Of a stretch of 17,112 bases of DNA, positions 1-9,118 are shown piece by piece. The DNA lies in IMG/VR virus record IMGVR_UViG_2695420699_000006, positions 1 to 17,112 of that record; one strand, 5' to 3'. Positions within the stretch are counted from its first letter, which is position 1. Each line of letters starts with the position of its first letter. The position numbers and the translations under genes are program-made. This DNA comes from a virus. Taxonomy: Duplodnaviria; Heunggongvirae; Uroviricota; Caudoviricetes. Below the pieces are notes generated by a model. That model worked only from the letters and a program-made list of their open reading frames with translations. It made no database searches and was not told the DNA's origin.

Positions 1-1638
1 GCCTGCCAGCGCCATCTTGATGACCTGATGGCGGAAAAAAGTAAGTCGTTTCGTTACCGCTTCGACAAGGACCTGGCTGAACGGGCCGCCAAATTTATTC
101 AGCTGTTGCCGCACACCAAGGGTGAGTGGGCATTTAAGAGGATGCCCATCACGCTGGAGCCGTGGCAGCTCTTTGTGATCTGCTGCGCGTTTGGCTGGGT
201 CAATAAAGGCTCCCGGCTGCGCCGCTTCCGTGAGGTGTATACCGAAATCCCCCGTAAGAACGGCAAATCGGCAATCTCTGCCGGTGTCGCCCTGTATTGT
301 TTTGCCTGTGATAACGAGTTTGGTGCGGAAGTGTATTCCGGTGCCACGACAGAGAAACAGGCGTGGGAAGTCTTTCGCCCGGCGCGACTGATGTGTAAAC
401 GCACACCCATGCTGACGGAAGCGTTCGGGATTGAGGTTAACGCCTCAAACATGAACCGTCCGGAGGATGGCGCGCGGTTTGAACCGCTGATCGGCAACCC
501 CGGTGATGGCTCATCACCCCACTGTGCGGTGGTGGATGAATATCACGAGCATGCCACCGATGCGCTTTATACCACAATGCTTACCGGGATGGGGGCGCGA
601 CGTCAGCCACTGATGTGGGCCATCACCACCGCCGGGTACAACATTGAGGGGCCGTGCTACGACAAGCGGCGGGAAGTCATCGAGATGCTCAACGGCTCGG
701 TGCCTAACGATGAACTGTTCGGGATCATCTATACCGTTGATGAAGGTGACGACTGGACCGACCCGCAGGTGCTGGAAAAAGCCAATCCAAATATTGGCGT
801 GTCGGTTTATCGCGAATTTTTGTTAAGTCAGCAGCAGCGTGCGAAAAATAACGCCCGTCTGGCAAACGTCTTTAAAACAAAACACCTCAATATCTGGGTG
901 TCGGCGCGTTCGGCGTATTTCAACCTGGTGAGCTGGCAGAGCTGCGAGGATAAATCACTGACCCTTGAGCAGTTCGAGGGGCAGCCGTGCATTCTGGCCT
1001 TTGACCTGGCGCGTAAGCTGGATATGAACAGCATGGCGCGACTTTATACCCGCGAGATTGACGGTAAAACGCATTACTACAGTGTGGCCCCGCGCTTCTG
1101 GGTACCGTATGACACGGTGTACAGCGTCGAGAAAAATGAAGATAGACGGACAGCCGAACGCTTTCAGAAATGGGTGGAAATGGGCGTCCTGACCGTTACC
1201 GATGGTGCAGAGGTGGATTATCGCTACATCCTCGAGGAGGCCAAAGCGGCGAACAAAATCAGCCCGGTCAGTGAGTCACCCATCGACCCCTTCGGGGCGA
1301 CCGGGCTGTCGCATGACCTTGCTGATGAAGACCTGAACCCCATCACCATTATTCAGAACTACACCAACATGTCCGATCCGATGAAAGAGCTGGAAGCGGC
1401 GATTGAATCGGGGCGCTTTCATCATGACGGCAATCCCATCATGACCTGGTGTATCGGCAACGTGGTCGGCAAAACCATTCCGGGTAACGATGATGTGGTG
1501 AAGCCTGTCAAGGAGCAGGCGGAAAACAAAATCGATGGTGCGGTTGCACTGATTATGGCGATCGGTCGGGCAATGCTCAAAGAACCCGACGATTTCCTCT
1601 CATCTCTTGATCCGGACGATGCTCTCTTAATTCTATGA
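1..1638 (+). CDS. Phage terminase large subunit; 5' end uncertain because the reading frame is open from base 1 (first in-window ATG at 28)
   Basis: More than 536 aa. N-terminal ATPase motifs PRKNGKS (Walker A-like) and AVVDEYHE (Walker B-like), followed by a C-terminal region typical of the nuclease domain. First gene of a head-gene block, immediately upstream of portal. Confidence 0.85.
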   Translation, partial: ACQRHLDDLMAEKSKSFRYRFDKDLAERAAKFIQLLPHTKGEWAFKRMPITLEPWQLFVICCAFGWVNKGSRLRRFREVYTEIPRKNGKSAISAGVALYCFACDNEFGAEVYSGATTEKQAWEVFRPARLMCKRTPMLTEAFGIEVNASNMNRPEDGARFEPLIGNPGDGSSPHCAVVDEYHEHATDALYTTMLTGMGARRQPLMWAITTAGYNIEGPCYDKRREVIEMLNGSVPNDELFGIIYTVDEGDDWTDPQVLEKANPNIGVSVYREFLLSQQQRAKNNARLANVFKTKHLNIWVSARSAYFNLVSWQSCEDKSLTLEQFEGQPCILAFDLARKLDMNSMARLYTREIDGKTHYYSVAPRFWVPYDTVYSVEKNEDRRTAERFQKWVEMGVLTVTDGAEVDYRYILEEAKAANKISPVSESPIDPFGATGLSHDLADEDLNPITIIQNYTNMSDPMKELEAAIESGRFHHDGNPIMTWCIGNVVGKTIPGNDDVVKPVKEQAENKIDGAVALIMAIGRAMLKEPDDFLSSLDPDDALLIL

Positions 1639-1796
1639 AATCACTAATTGCTGATGTTATCGGGCTGGCTGGTTTTGGCCTGCTTACGTGCGGGTTTTAC
1701 CTGCAGTTTGGTATGGCTCCGGCTCTGATGCTGTCCGGCGGTTTACTGCTGGTGGGCGCACTGGCTATGGCCAGAAGGGGGACGCGTGCTGCTTGA
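1635..1796 (+). CDS. Small hydrophobic protein (53 aa, two predicted transmembrane segments), function unknown
   Basis: Hand translation gives [56 protein letters not shown] overlaps the terminase stop (ATGA) and the stop overlaps the portal start, exactly filling an otherwise 147-nt gap in a packed operon. Below the 60-aa cutoff of the ORF track. Confidence 0.4.
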   Translation: MKSLIADVIGLAGFGLLTCGFYLQFGMAPALMLSGGLLLVGALAMARRGTRAA

Positions 1797-3012
1797 TGCT
1801 CTGTTCAGAAGTAAATCACTGGAGAATCCTTCCACCCCGATAACCGGGGATGCCGTTGATACTGATGGGCTGTTCCGGGCAGACGTTTATGTCAGTCCTG
1901 AAACTGCGATGAAACTGGCTGCGGTGTATTCCTGTATCTATGTCCTGTCTTCCAGCCTTGCCCAGATGCCGTTGCATGTTATGCGCAGGCACAATGGGAA
2001 GGTTGAGCCCGCACGCGATCATCCGGCGTTTTATCTGGTTCATGATGAGCCCAATACCTGGCAAACCAGTTACAAATGGCGCGAACTGAAGCAACGTCAC
2101 ATCCTTGGCTGGGGGAATGGGTATACCTGGGTGAAACGTAATCGTCGCGGTGAAGTCATATCCCTGGATTGCTGTATGCCGTGGGAAACGACGCTGATGA
2201 ATACTGGTGGCCGATACACCTACGGTTTGTACAACGAATATGGGGCGTTTGCGATCAGCCCCGACGATATGATCCACATCCGAGCGCTGGGTAATAATCA
2301 GAAGATGGGGCTGAGTCCGATTATGCAACATGCCGAAACAATAGGCATGGGGATGAGCGGTCAGAAATACACAGAAAGCTTCTTCAGCGGTAATGCCCGT
2401 CCGGCGGGGATAGTATCCGTTAAAAGCGGACTCAATAAGGACAGCTGGGGCTGGCTTAAAGATCAGTGGCAGAAGGCATCGCAGGCGTTACGCAGCCAGG
2501 AAAACAAAACCATGCTGCTGCCAGCCGATCTGGATTACAAGGCACTGACTGTGTCGCCAGTTGACGCTCAGATCATTGACATGATGAAACTGAACCGTTC
2601 AATGATTGCCGGTATTTTCAATATTCCTGCGCACATGATTAATGACCTCGAAAAAGCCACCTTCTCCAATATTTCTGCGCAGGCGATTCAGTTTGTCCGC
2701 TACACGATGATGCCGTGGGTGACGAACTGGGAGCAGGAGCTTAACCGTCGCTTGTTTACCCGCGCTGAGTTAGCCGCCGGGTATTACGTCAGGTTCAATC
2801 TGACGGGGCTTTTACGCGGAACTCCGCAGGAGCGCGCGCAATTCTATCACTTCGCTATTACCGATGGATGGATGAGCCGTAATGAGGCCCGCGCATTCGA
2901 GGATATGAATCCGGTTGAAGGGCTGGATGAGATGCTGGTAAGCGTGAACGCTGCTAACCCGGCAGGAGATTTTAAGCCCCCAAAAAACGATGAGGGAAAA
3001 ACCAATGAATGA
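1786..3012 (+). CDS. Portal protein (HK97 family)
   Basis: 408 aa directly after terminase. N-terminal region SPETAMKLAAVYSCIYVLSSSLAQMPLHV and overall layout typical of HK97-type portals. GTG start inferred. Confidence 0.85.
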   Translation: MLLDALFRSKSLENPSTPITGDAVDTDGLFRADVYVSPETAMKLAAVYSCIYVLSSSLAQMPLHVMRRHNGKVEPARDHPAFYLVHDEPNTWQTSYKWRELKQRHILGWGNGYTWVKRNRRGEVISLDCCMPWETTLMNTGGRYTYGLYNEYGAFAISPDDMIHIRALGNNQKMGLSPIMQHAETIGMGMSGQKYTESFFSGNARPAGIVSVKSGLNKDSWGWLKDQWQKASQALRSQENKTMLLPADLDYKALTVSPVDAQIIDMMKLNRSMIAGIFNIPAHMINDLEKATFSNISAQAIQFVRYTMMPWVTNWEQELNRRLFTRAELAAGYYVRFNLTGLLRGTPQERAQFYHFAITDGWMSRNEARAFEDMNPVEGLDEMLVSVNAANPAGDFKPPKNDEGKTNE

Positions 3013-3607
3013 CCGTGAAATCCGTTGTTACAGCGGTGAGGTGCGTGCTGAGAGGCATGACGATAACCCGGCGCACATTATCGGTTATGGATCGGTGTTT
3101 GACTGTCGTTCTGAGCTGATATTCGGTTCATTCCGCGAAATCATCCGGCCCGGCGCTTTTGACGATGTGCTTGGTGATGATGTACGCGCACTGTTTAACC
3201 ACGATCCTAATTTTATTCTTGGGCGTAGTGCAGCAGGCACGCTGAATCTTTCAGTTGATGAGCGCGGATTACGCTATGACATCCAGGCTCCGGAGACACA
3301 GACCATTCGTGATCTGGTGCTGGCCCCGATGCAACGTGGAGATATTAACCAGTCATCTTTCGCTTTCCGTGTCGCCCGTGACGGTGAGGAGTGGTATCAG
3401 GATGAGGATGGGGTTGTTATTCGCGAGATAACCCGCTTTTCCCGTCTGCTGGATGTCAGTCCTGTGACATATCCTGCCTATCAGGAGGCTGACTCGGCTG
3501 TTCGCTCCATGAAAGCATGGCAGGAGGCGCGCAACAGCGGCGCGCTACAGAAAGCCATTAATCAACGTATGGCGCGTGAACGCGTCCTGACCCTTCTTAA
3601 CGCGTAA
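3005..3607 (+). CDS. Prohead maturation protease (HK97 family, S78-like)
   Basis: About 200 aa between portal and capsid. Motifs GYGSVFD, PGAF, LFNHD, LGR, VDERGL, SFAF typical of HK97 prohead protease. ATG at 3005 has a better-placed GAGGG than the listed ATG at 2990. Confidence 0.85.
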   Translation: MNDREIRCYSGEVRAERHDDNPAHIIGYGSVFDCRSELIFGSFREIIRPGAFDDVLGDDVRALFNHDPNFILGRSAAGTLNLSVDERGLRYDIQAPETQTIRDLVLAPMQRGDINQSSFAFRVARDGEEWYQDEDGVVIREITRFSRLLDVSPVTYPAYQEADSAVRSMKAWQEARNSGALQKAINQRMARERVLTLLNA

Positions 3608-3617
3608 AGGAAACATC

Positions 3618-4847
3618 ATGAAACTGCATGAACTGAAACAGAAACGTAATACTATCGCAACTGACATGCGCGCCCTGAATGAAAAAATTGGTGATAACGC
3701 ATGGACGGAAGAGCAGCGCACTGAGTGGAACAAAGCAAAATCCGAACTGGAAGCGCTTGATGAACGAATTGCACGCGAAGAAGAACTGCGTCGTCAGGAT
3801 CAGGCGTACATTGAAAGCAATGAGGAAGAGCAGCGTCAGAATCTTGATCCGGAAAACGATCCACAACAGGATGAGAAACGAGCTCAGGTTTTTGATAAGT
3901 GGATGCGTCACGGTGCCAGTGAGCTGACATCAGAAGAACGAAAGGCGTTGCGTGAACTTCGTGCCCAGGGTGTAGCTCAGGATGAAAAGGGCGGATATAC
4001 CGTACCAGAAACATTCCTGGCGAAAGTTGTTGAGAAGATGAAATCCTACGGTGGCATCGCCAGTGTGGCGCAGATTCTGACCACTTCTGACGGTCGCACT
4101 ATGGAGTGGGCAACAGCTGATGGTACTTCCGAAGTTGGTGTTCTGCTGGGCGAAAATGAAGAAGCCGGTGAAGAAGACACCGATTTCGGTATGGGAAGCC
4201 TTGGGGCGCTCAAAATGACATCGAAAATCATTCGTGTGTCTAATGAGTTGCTGCAGGACAGCGCGATCGATATGGAAGCTTATCTTGCCCGTCGCATTGC
4301 TGAACGTATTGGTCGTGGTGAAGCCCGTTATCTGATTCAGGGGACTGGTGCGGGTACGCCTAAACAACCCAAAGGGCTGGCAGCATCAGTGACCGGCACA
4401 ACACAGACTGCCGCGGCAAATGCGGTGAAGTGGCAGGAAATTCTGGCTCTGAAACACAGCATTGATCCTGCATATCGTCGCGGACCGAAATTCCGCCTGG
4501 CGTTTAACGATAATACGCTGAAACTGATCAGTGAGATGGAAGACGGTCAGGGACGCCCTTTATGGTTGCCGGATATTGTTGGTGTGGCACCTGCTTCAGT
4601 GTTGAATGTACCGTATGTCATTGATCAGGAAATTGATGATATCGGGGCGGGTAAAAAATTCATGTTCTGTGGTGACTTTGATCGCTTCATTATCCGTCGT
4701 GTGCGATACATGATTCTTAAACGTCTGGTTGAGCGTTACGCGGAATATGATCAGACCGGTTTTCTGGCCTTCCATCGTTTTGACTGTATCCTGGAAGACA
4801 CCTCTGCCATTAAAGCGCTGGTGGGGAAAGGTAGCGTTGGTGGTTGA
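3618..4847 (+). CDS. Major capsid protein (HK97 fold) with N-terminal coiled-coil delta (scaffold) domain
   Basis: 409 aa. Charged, helical N-terminal ~100 aa (ELEALDERIAREEELRRQDQ) followed by a capsid body. Sits after the protease. Strong RBS AAGGA upstream. Confidence 0.85.
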   Translation: MKLHELKQKRNTIATDMRALNEKIGDNAWTEEQRTEWNKAKSELEALDERIAREEELRRQDQAYIESNEEEQRQNLDPENDPQQDEKRAQVFDKWMRHGASELTSEERKALRELRAQGVAQDEKGGYTVPETFLAKVVEKMKSYGGIASVAQILTTSDGRTMEWATADGTSEVGVLLGENEEAGEEDTDFGMGSLGALKMTSKIIRVSNELLQDSAIDMEAYLARRIAERIGRGEARYLIQGTGAGTPKQPKGLAASVTGTTQTAAANAVKWQEILALKHSIDPAYRRGPKFRLAFNDNTLKLISEMEDGQGRPLWLPDIVGVAPASVLNVPYVIDQEIDDIGAGKKFMFCGDFDRFIIRRVRYMILKRLVERYAEYDQTGFLAFHRFDCILEDTSAIKALVGKGSVGG

Positions 4848-4872
4848 TTAGTCTTTTTACGTAATACAGCAC

Positions 4873-4916
4873 GCCGCGTAATGCGGTTTTTTTGTGCCCG
4901 CGTTCTGGCGGGCACA
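4873..4916. terminator. Two tandem stem-loops after the capsid gene; putative partial terminator or attenuator
   Basis: Weak hairpin CCGC-gtaat-GCGG followed by T7 (4874-4893), then a perfect 9-bp stem TGTGCCCGC / GCGGGCACA with a 6-nt loop (4893-4916) directly abutting the RBS of the next gene. Confidence 0.35.
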
Positions 4917-4925
4917 GGAGGTTTT

Positions 4926-5249
4926 ATGCTGTTAAAAATGGAAGAGATTAAGCTTCAGCTCCGTCTGGATGATGATTTCTCTGATGAAGATGAGTTGCTT
5001 GAACTACTTGGGAAGGCCGCTCAGAGTCGTACGGAAAACTTCCTTAACCGTAAGTTGTATGCAACCGCAGATGACAGGCCTGCGGATGATCCTGATGGGC
5101 TTGTGATATCTGATGATGTGAAGCTGGCGCTTCTGCTACTTGTCAGCCATTTCTACGAAAACCGCTCAACTGTTACAGACGTTGAGAAAATGGAGTTGCC
5201 AATGAGTTTTAACTGGTTGGTTGTTCCTTATCGCCTTATACCACTATGA
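4926..5249 (+). CDS. Head-tail connector protein (phage gp6-like)
   Basis: About 107 aa. Start taken at ATG 4926 (MLLKMEEIKLQLRLDDDF) with AGGAGG RBS. Conserved C-terminal LLLLVSHFYENR motif of the gp6 connector family. The track ORF starting at 4881 is probably an over-extension. Confidence 0.7.
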   Translation: MLLKMEEIKLQLRLDDDFSDEDELLELLGKAAQSRTENFLNRKLYATADDRPADDPDGLVISDDVKLALLLLVSHFYENRSTVTDVEKMELPMSFNWLVVPYRLIPL

Positions 5250-5656
5250 AAATTCGTCAGGCGCAGACCAGCGCAACCTACATTCTGCCGGACCCCGGCG
5301 AACTGAATAAACGCGTCCTGATCCGCCAGCGGGTGGATATGCCCGCGGATAACTTTGGCGTGGAGCCTCAATACCCGGTTGCGTTCCGGGCATGGGCGAA
5401 GGTTATCCAGACCAGTGCCACCACCTGGCAGGAAACCGCGCAGACCGGAGACGCCATCACCCATTACATCACCATTCGCTACCGCCGGGGGATCACTGCT
5501 GATTATGAGGTGGTCTGTGATGACAGTGTGTACCGGGTGAAACGTCAGCGCGATCTGAACGGGGCGCGGCGCTTTCTGCTGCTGGAGTGTACGGAACTGG
5601 GCGAATTTACGCAGAGTCACGGAGGCAGCAATGGCGACTCCCTTTTTTCACGTTGA
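5246..5656 (+). CDS. Head closure / head-tail adaptor protein
   Basis: 136 aa, ATGA overlap with the connector stop. Sequence pattern (ITIRYRRGI, RFLLLECTE) resembles SPP1 gp16-type head closure proteins. Position fits conserved synteny. Confidence 0.65.
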   Translation: MKIRQAQTSATYILPDPGELNKRVLIRQRVDMPADNFGVEPQYPVAFRAWAKVIQTSATTWQETAQTGDAITHYITIRYRRGITADYEVVCDDSVYRVKRQRDLNGARRFLLLECTELGEFTQSHGGSNGDSLFSR

Positions 5657-6137
5657 TGTTCAGCAGCCCGCGGAGATGCGCTTTAACCGCGCCCGTGTCC
5701 GGCGGGCGTTTGTCACGATTGGGCAGCGTCATATGCGTGATGCCCGTCGGCTGGTGATGCGCCGTGCGCGGTCGGCACCGGGTGAAAACCCCGGTTATCA
5801 GACCGGACGCCTGGCTCGTTCGATTGGTTACATGGTGCCGAGAGCCAGTAAAAAGCGAGCCGGTTTTATGACACGCATTGCCCCTAACCAGCGCAACGGG
5901 AAGGGGAACCGGATGATCTCTGGTGACTTCTATCCGGCGTTTCTGTTTTTTGGTGTCCGGGGAGGAGCAAAACGTCGTCGTAGTCATCATCGTGGTGCAT
6001 CCGGTGGCAGCGGCTGGCGGCTGGCTCCACGTAATAACTTTATGGTGGAAACGCTTGAAAAGAACCGCAGCTGGACACGCTATTTTCTGGCGCGGGAATT
6101 ACGTAAATCACTGAAGCCGGAGCGACGACGCAGATGA
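5631..6137 (+). CDS. HK97 gp10-family protein (tail-attachment / neck component)
   Basis: 168 aa, GGAGG RBS. N-terminal region and the GENPGYQTGRLARSIGY motif match the HK97 gp10 family. Arg/Lys-rich C-terminal tail. Confidence 0.7.
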   Translation: MATPFFHVDVQQPAEMRFNRARVRRAFVTIGQRHMRDARRLVMRRARSAPGENPGYQTGRLARSIGYMVPRASKKRAGFMTRIAPNQRNGKGNRMISGDFYPAFLFFGVRGGAKRRRSHHRGASGGSGWRLAPRNNFMVETLEKNRSWTRYFLARELRKSLKPERRRR

Positions 6138-6694
6138 AACTGACGCCTGTTATTGCTGCGCTGCGTGCCCGCTGCCCGTATTTTGAAAACCGGGTGGCAG
6201 GCGCGGCACAGTTCAAAAATCTGCCGGAGGTCGGAAAGCTGAGACTCCCGGCGGCATATGTTGTACCGGGTGATGATTCTCCGGGAGAAAACAAAAGCCA
6301 GACCGACTACTGGCAGGAGCTGAAAGAGGGCTTCTCCGTGGTTGTCATACTGAGTAACGGGCGTGATGAGCGCGGTCAGTTTGCCTCGTATGATGTGGTG
6401 GACGATGTCCGGCAGATGCTCTTTAAGGCTCTGCTGGGCTGGAACCCGGAAGCGTGCGGTAACCCGATTACCTATGACGGCGGCACGCTGCTGGATCTGA
6501 ATCGTCATGAGCTGATTTATCAGTTCGATTTTTCGGTCATCAGCGAGCTGACCGAAGACGATACCCGCCAGCAGGATGACCTGAACAGTCTGGATGAACT
6601 GCGAACGCTGGCGATTGATGTTGATTATCTCGATCCCGGTAACGGGCCTGACGGCGATATCGAACATCACACCGAAATACCCCTTCCTTCCTGA
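6134..6694 (+). CDS. Putative neck / tail terminator protein (Mu-type, DUF1834-like); function inferred from position
   Basis: 186 aa, ATGA overlap with the upstream gene. Lies between head-completion genes and the tail sheath. No motif recognised with certainty. Confidence 0.4.
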   Translation: MKLTPVIAALRARCPYFENRVAGAAQFKNLPEVGKLRLPAAYVVPGDDSPGENKSQTDYWQELKEGFSVVVILSNGRDERGQFASYDVVDDVRQMLFKALLGWNPEACGNPITYDGGTLLDLNRHELIYQFDFSVISELTEDDTRQQDDLNSLDELRTLAIDVDYLDPGNGPDGDIEHHTEIPLPS

Positions 6695-6702
6695 GGATCA
6701 TC

Positions 6703-6873
6703 ATGTTTGTGAAACCTGTTAAAGGGCGGTCAGTGCCTGACCCTGCCCGCGGCGACCTTTTGCCCGCCGAAGGGCGAAATGTTGATGAGAACAACTACTG
6801 GCTGCGCCGTGAAGCAGCGGGTGATATCCGGCGCGTGAATAAAAAGGTGAACACCGATGACGATAAGCTTTAA
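6703..6873 (+). CDS. Small conserved-position protein (56 aa), function unknown
   Basis: Hand translation gives MFVKPVKGRSVPDPARGDLLPAEGRNVDENNYWLRREAAGDIRRVNKKVNTDDDKL. GAGGA RBS 5 nt upstream. Fills the gap before the sheath gene and overlaps its start by 17 nt. Below the ORF-track cutoff. Confidence 0.35.
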   Translation: MFVKPVKGRSVPDPARGDLLPAEGRNVDENNYWLRREAAGDIRRVNKKVNTDDDKL

Positions 6874-8353
6874 CACCATTCCGTCGAATACGCTGGTTCC
6901 GCTGTTTTATGCGGAAATGGATAACCAGGCTGCGAATACTGCACAGGACAGCGGAGCATCGCTGCTGATTGGTCATGCCAATAACGGTGCAGAGATTGTT
7001 GCCAACAGTCTGGTGCTGATGCCGTCGGCAGACTATGCACGCCAGATTTGTGGTGCGGGAAGTCAGCTGGCGCGTATGGTCGAGGCTTATCGCCAGACCG
7101 ACCCGTTTGGTGAGCTGTATGTGATTGCCGTTCCGGAAGCCACAGGCGCGGCGGCAACGGTTACGCTGACGGTGACCGGGGCGGCAACCGAAAGCGGCAC
7201 GGTGAATGTCTATGTGGGACGTACCCGTGTGCAGGCTTCGGTGACCAACGGCGATAACGTCACGACGATTGCCAGCAGTATCCAGGATGCCATCAATGCC
7301 GTTCCGACCCTGCCGTTTACGGCCTCATCTTCGGCAGGCGTGGTCACACTGACCGCGCGTCATAAGGGGCTTTGCGGGAATGAAATTCCTGTCAGCCTCA
7401 ATTACTACGGCTTTGGTGGGGGCGAAGTGCTGCCTGCGGGCGTACAGATTGCCGTGGCGACGGGGACCGCCGGAACGGGCTCTCCTGTTCTCACTGGCGC
7501 GGTGGCTGCAATGGCGGATGAGCCGTTTGATTATATCGGCCTGCCGTTCAACGACACGGCCTCCGTTAACACGCTGGTGACCGAGATGAACGATACCAGC
7601 GGTCGCTGGAGCTATGCGCGTCAGCTGTATGGTCATGTGTATACGGCAAAGATCGGCACGCTGTCAGAACTGGTGACCGCAGGTGACCAGTTTAACCAGC
7701 AGCACATTACCCTGGCGGGGTATGAAAAAGACACCCAGACGCCTGCCGATGAGCTGGCGGCAAGCCGTACCGCCCGCGCAGCGGTGTTTATTCGCAACGA
7801 TCCGGCACGTCCCACGCAGACCGGTGAGCTGGTGGGTATGCTGCCTGCGCCGAAGGGGAAACGGTTCACGATGACCGAACAACAGACCCTGCTGTCTCAT
7901 GGCGTGGCAACGGCGTATGTCGAAAGCGGGGTACTGCGCATTCAGCGTGATGTCACCACGTACAGGAAAAACGCTTACGGGGTTGCGGATAACAGCTACC
8001 TCGACAGCGAGACGCTGCATACCAGCGCGTATGTACTGCGCAAACTGAAATCCGTCATTACCAGTAAGTACGGGCGTCACAAGCTTGCCAGTGACGGTAC
8101 CCGCTTTGGTCCCGGTCAGGCGATTGTCACCCCGGCGGTGATCAAAGGGGAACTGCTGGCAACCTACCGTCAGCTTGAGCGAGCGGGGATCGTGGAAAAC
8201 TACGAACTGTTTAAGCAGTACCTGGTTGTGGAGCGTGATGCCAGCGATCCGAACCGCCTGAACACGCTGTTCCCGCCTGACTATGTTAACCAGTTGCGTG
8301 TTTTTGCCGTGGTTAACCAGTTCCGTCTTCAGTATTCAGAGGAGTCTGCATAA
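6857..8353 (+). CDS. Contractile tail sheath protein (Mu gpL-like)
   Basis: 498 aa, immediately upstream of a ~118-aa tube gene. Size and order are typical of Mu-type sheath proteins. Confidence 0.8.
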   Translation: MTISFNTIPSNTLVPLFYAEMDNQAANTAQDSGASLLIGHANNGAEIVANSLVLMPSADYARQICGAGSQLARMVEAYRQTDPFGELYVIAVPEATGAAATVTLTVTGAATESGTVNVYVGRTRVQASVTNGDNVTTIASSIQDAINAVPTLPFTASSSAGVVTLTARHKGLCGNEIPVSLNYYGFGGGEVLPAGVQIAVATGTAGTGSPVLTGAVAAMADEPFDYIGLPFNDTASVNTLVTEMNDTSGRWSYARQLYGHVYTAKIGTLSELVTAGDQFNQQHITLAGYEKDTQTPADELAASRTARAAVFIRNDPARPTQTGELVGMLPAPKGKRFTMTEQQTLLSHGVATAYVESGVLRIQRDVTTYRKNAYGVADNSYLDSETLHTSAYVLRKLKSVITSKYGRHKLASDGTRFGPGQAIVTPAVIKGELLATYRQLERAGIVENYELFKQYLVVERDASDPNRLNTLFPPDYVNQLRVFAVVNQFRLQYSEESA

Positions 8354-8709
8354 TGGCCCGTATCGGGGGAACCTGTTATTTCAAAATTGACGGTCAGCAG
8401 CTATCGCTGACCGGCGGCATTGAGGTGCCCATGAACAGGACGGTCAATGATGACATCATCGGCCTGGACGGTTCAGTGGACCGCAAGGAAACTCACCGTG
8501 CGCCTTATGTCAAAGGGACCTTCAAGGTGCCGAAGAATTTTCCGGTGAGCAAAATCACCTCGTCTGATGAGATGACCATCACTGCCGAGCTGGCGAACGG
8601 TCAGGTCTATGTATTGTCGTCTGCCTGGCTGCACGGCGAAGCGAACCATAATGCCGAAGAAGGCACGGTTGATCTTGAGTTCCACGGTGAAGAAGGGGAT
8701 TACCAGTGA
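8353..8709 (+). CDS. Tail tube protein (Mu gpM-like)
   Basis: 118 aa. Start overlaps the sheath stop (TAATG), GAGGAG RBS. Conserved position between sheath and chaperone. Confidence 0.75.
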   Translation: MARIGGTCYFKIDGQQLSLTGGIEVPMNRTVNDDIIGLDGSVDRKETHRAPYVKGTFKVPKNFPVSKITSSDEMTITAELANGQVYVLSSAWLHGEANHNAEEGTVDLEFHGEEGDYQ

Positions 8710-9029
8710 TTGAGCTTGTACTTAAAAAACCGATCATCGCCCACAAAGAAACACTGCATGTGCTGGAAATACGTGAGCCTACGTATGACGAGATTGAGGC
8801 GCTGGGGTTCCCTTTCTCTGTTTCGCCTGATGGTGGTATGAAAATGGACAGTCAGGTGGCGCTGAAATATATCCCGCTTCTGGCCGGGATCCCGCGCTCG
8901 TCTGCAGCGCAGATGACGAAGCTGGATATTTTCAAGGCAGGCATGATTGTAATGCGTTTTTTTACCGGCTTGGAGACGGAAGAGAGCTCCGGAAGCGATT
9001 CTACAATGTCGCGTGGTTCTGGAAATTAA
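8706..9029 (+). CDS. Tail assembly chaperone (short form); probable -1 frameshift yields a longer form ending at 9115
   Basis: 107 aa immediately upstream of the tape measure gene. Contains a T TTT TTT slippery heptamer at 8957-8963, and the -1 frame is open from there to a TGA at 9113-9115. Confidence 0.6.
   Translation: MIELVLKKPIIAHKETLHVLEIREPTYDEIEALGFPFSVSPDGGMKMDSQVALKYIPLLAGIPRSSAAQMTKLDIFKAGMIVMRFFTGLETEESSGSDSTMSRGSGN
8957..8963 (+). promoter_or_regulatory. Candidate -1 programmed ribosomal frameshift slippery site (T TTT TTT)
   Basis: Heptamer in X XXY YYZ register relative to the chaperone frame (CGT TTT TTT ACC). The -1 frame continues about 50 codons to just before the tape measure start. 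Confidence 0.4.
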
Positions 9030-9118
9030 ACCCCCTTGAACTTCGCCGGACGGCTATTTCCCACTTTGCTGATCTGGAGGCAGAGGCTGTCCGTATAAAT
9101 GAGGAGAGGAGATGAAGC

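Noticed and set aside
2990-3004. Listed protease start at 2990 (MREKP...)
   Set aside because: No Shine-Dalgarno upstream of 2990, whereas GAGGG precedes ATG 3005. The 5-aa difference is minor and unresolved without homologues.
4881-4925. Listed start of the connector ORF at 4881 (MRFFCARVLAGTGG...)
   Set aside because: The upstream extension lies within the hairpin/terminator region and lacks an RBS. ATG 4926, preceded by AGGAGG, is the more plausible start.
6080-6670. 196-aa minus-strand ORF fully antisense to the 186-aa neck-region gene; similar long antisense ORFs at 7664-8080, 12355-12852, 14582-15040, 1816-2331 and 5228-5620
   Set aside because: High-GC coding DNA commonly yields long stop-free antisense frames. 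These have no RBS context, overlap well-supported structural genes on the + strand, and their translations are Arg/Pro/Cys-rich and low-complexity. Treated as shadow ORFs.
8966-8993. Possible stimulatory RNA structure downstream of the slippery heptamer
   Set aside because: Only a short 4-bp palindromic CCGG pairing was found by eye. Not enough to call a pseudoknot or stable hairpin without folding software.
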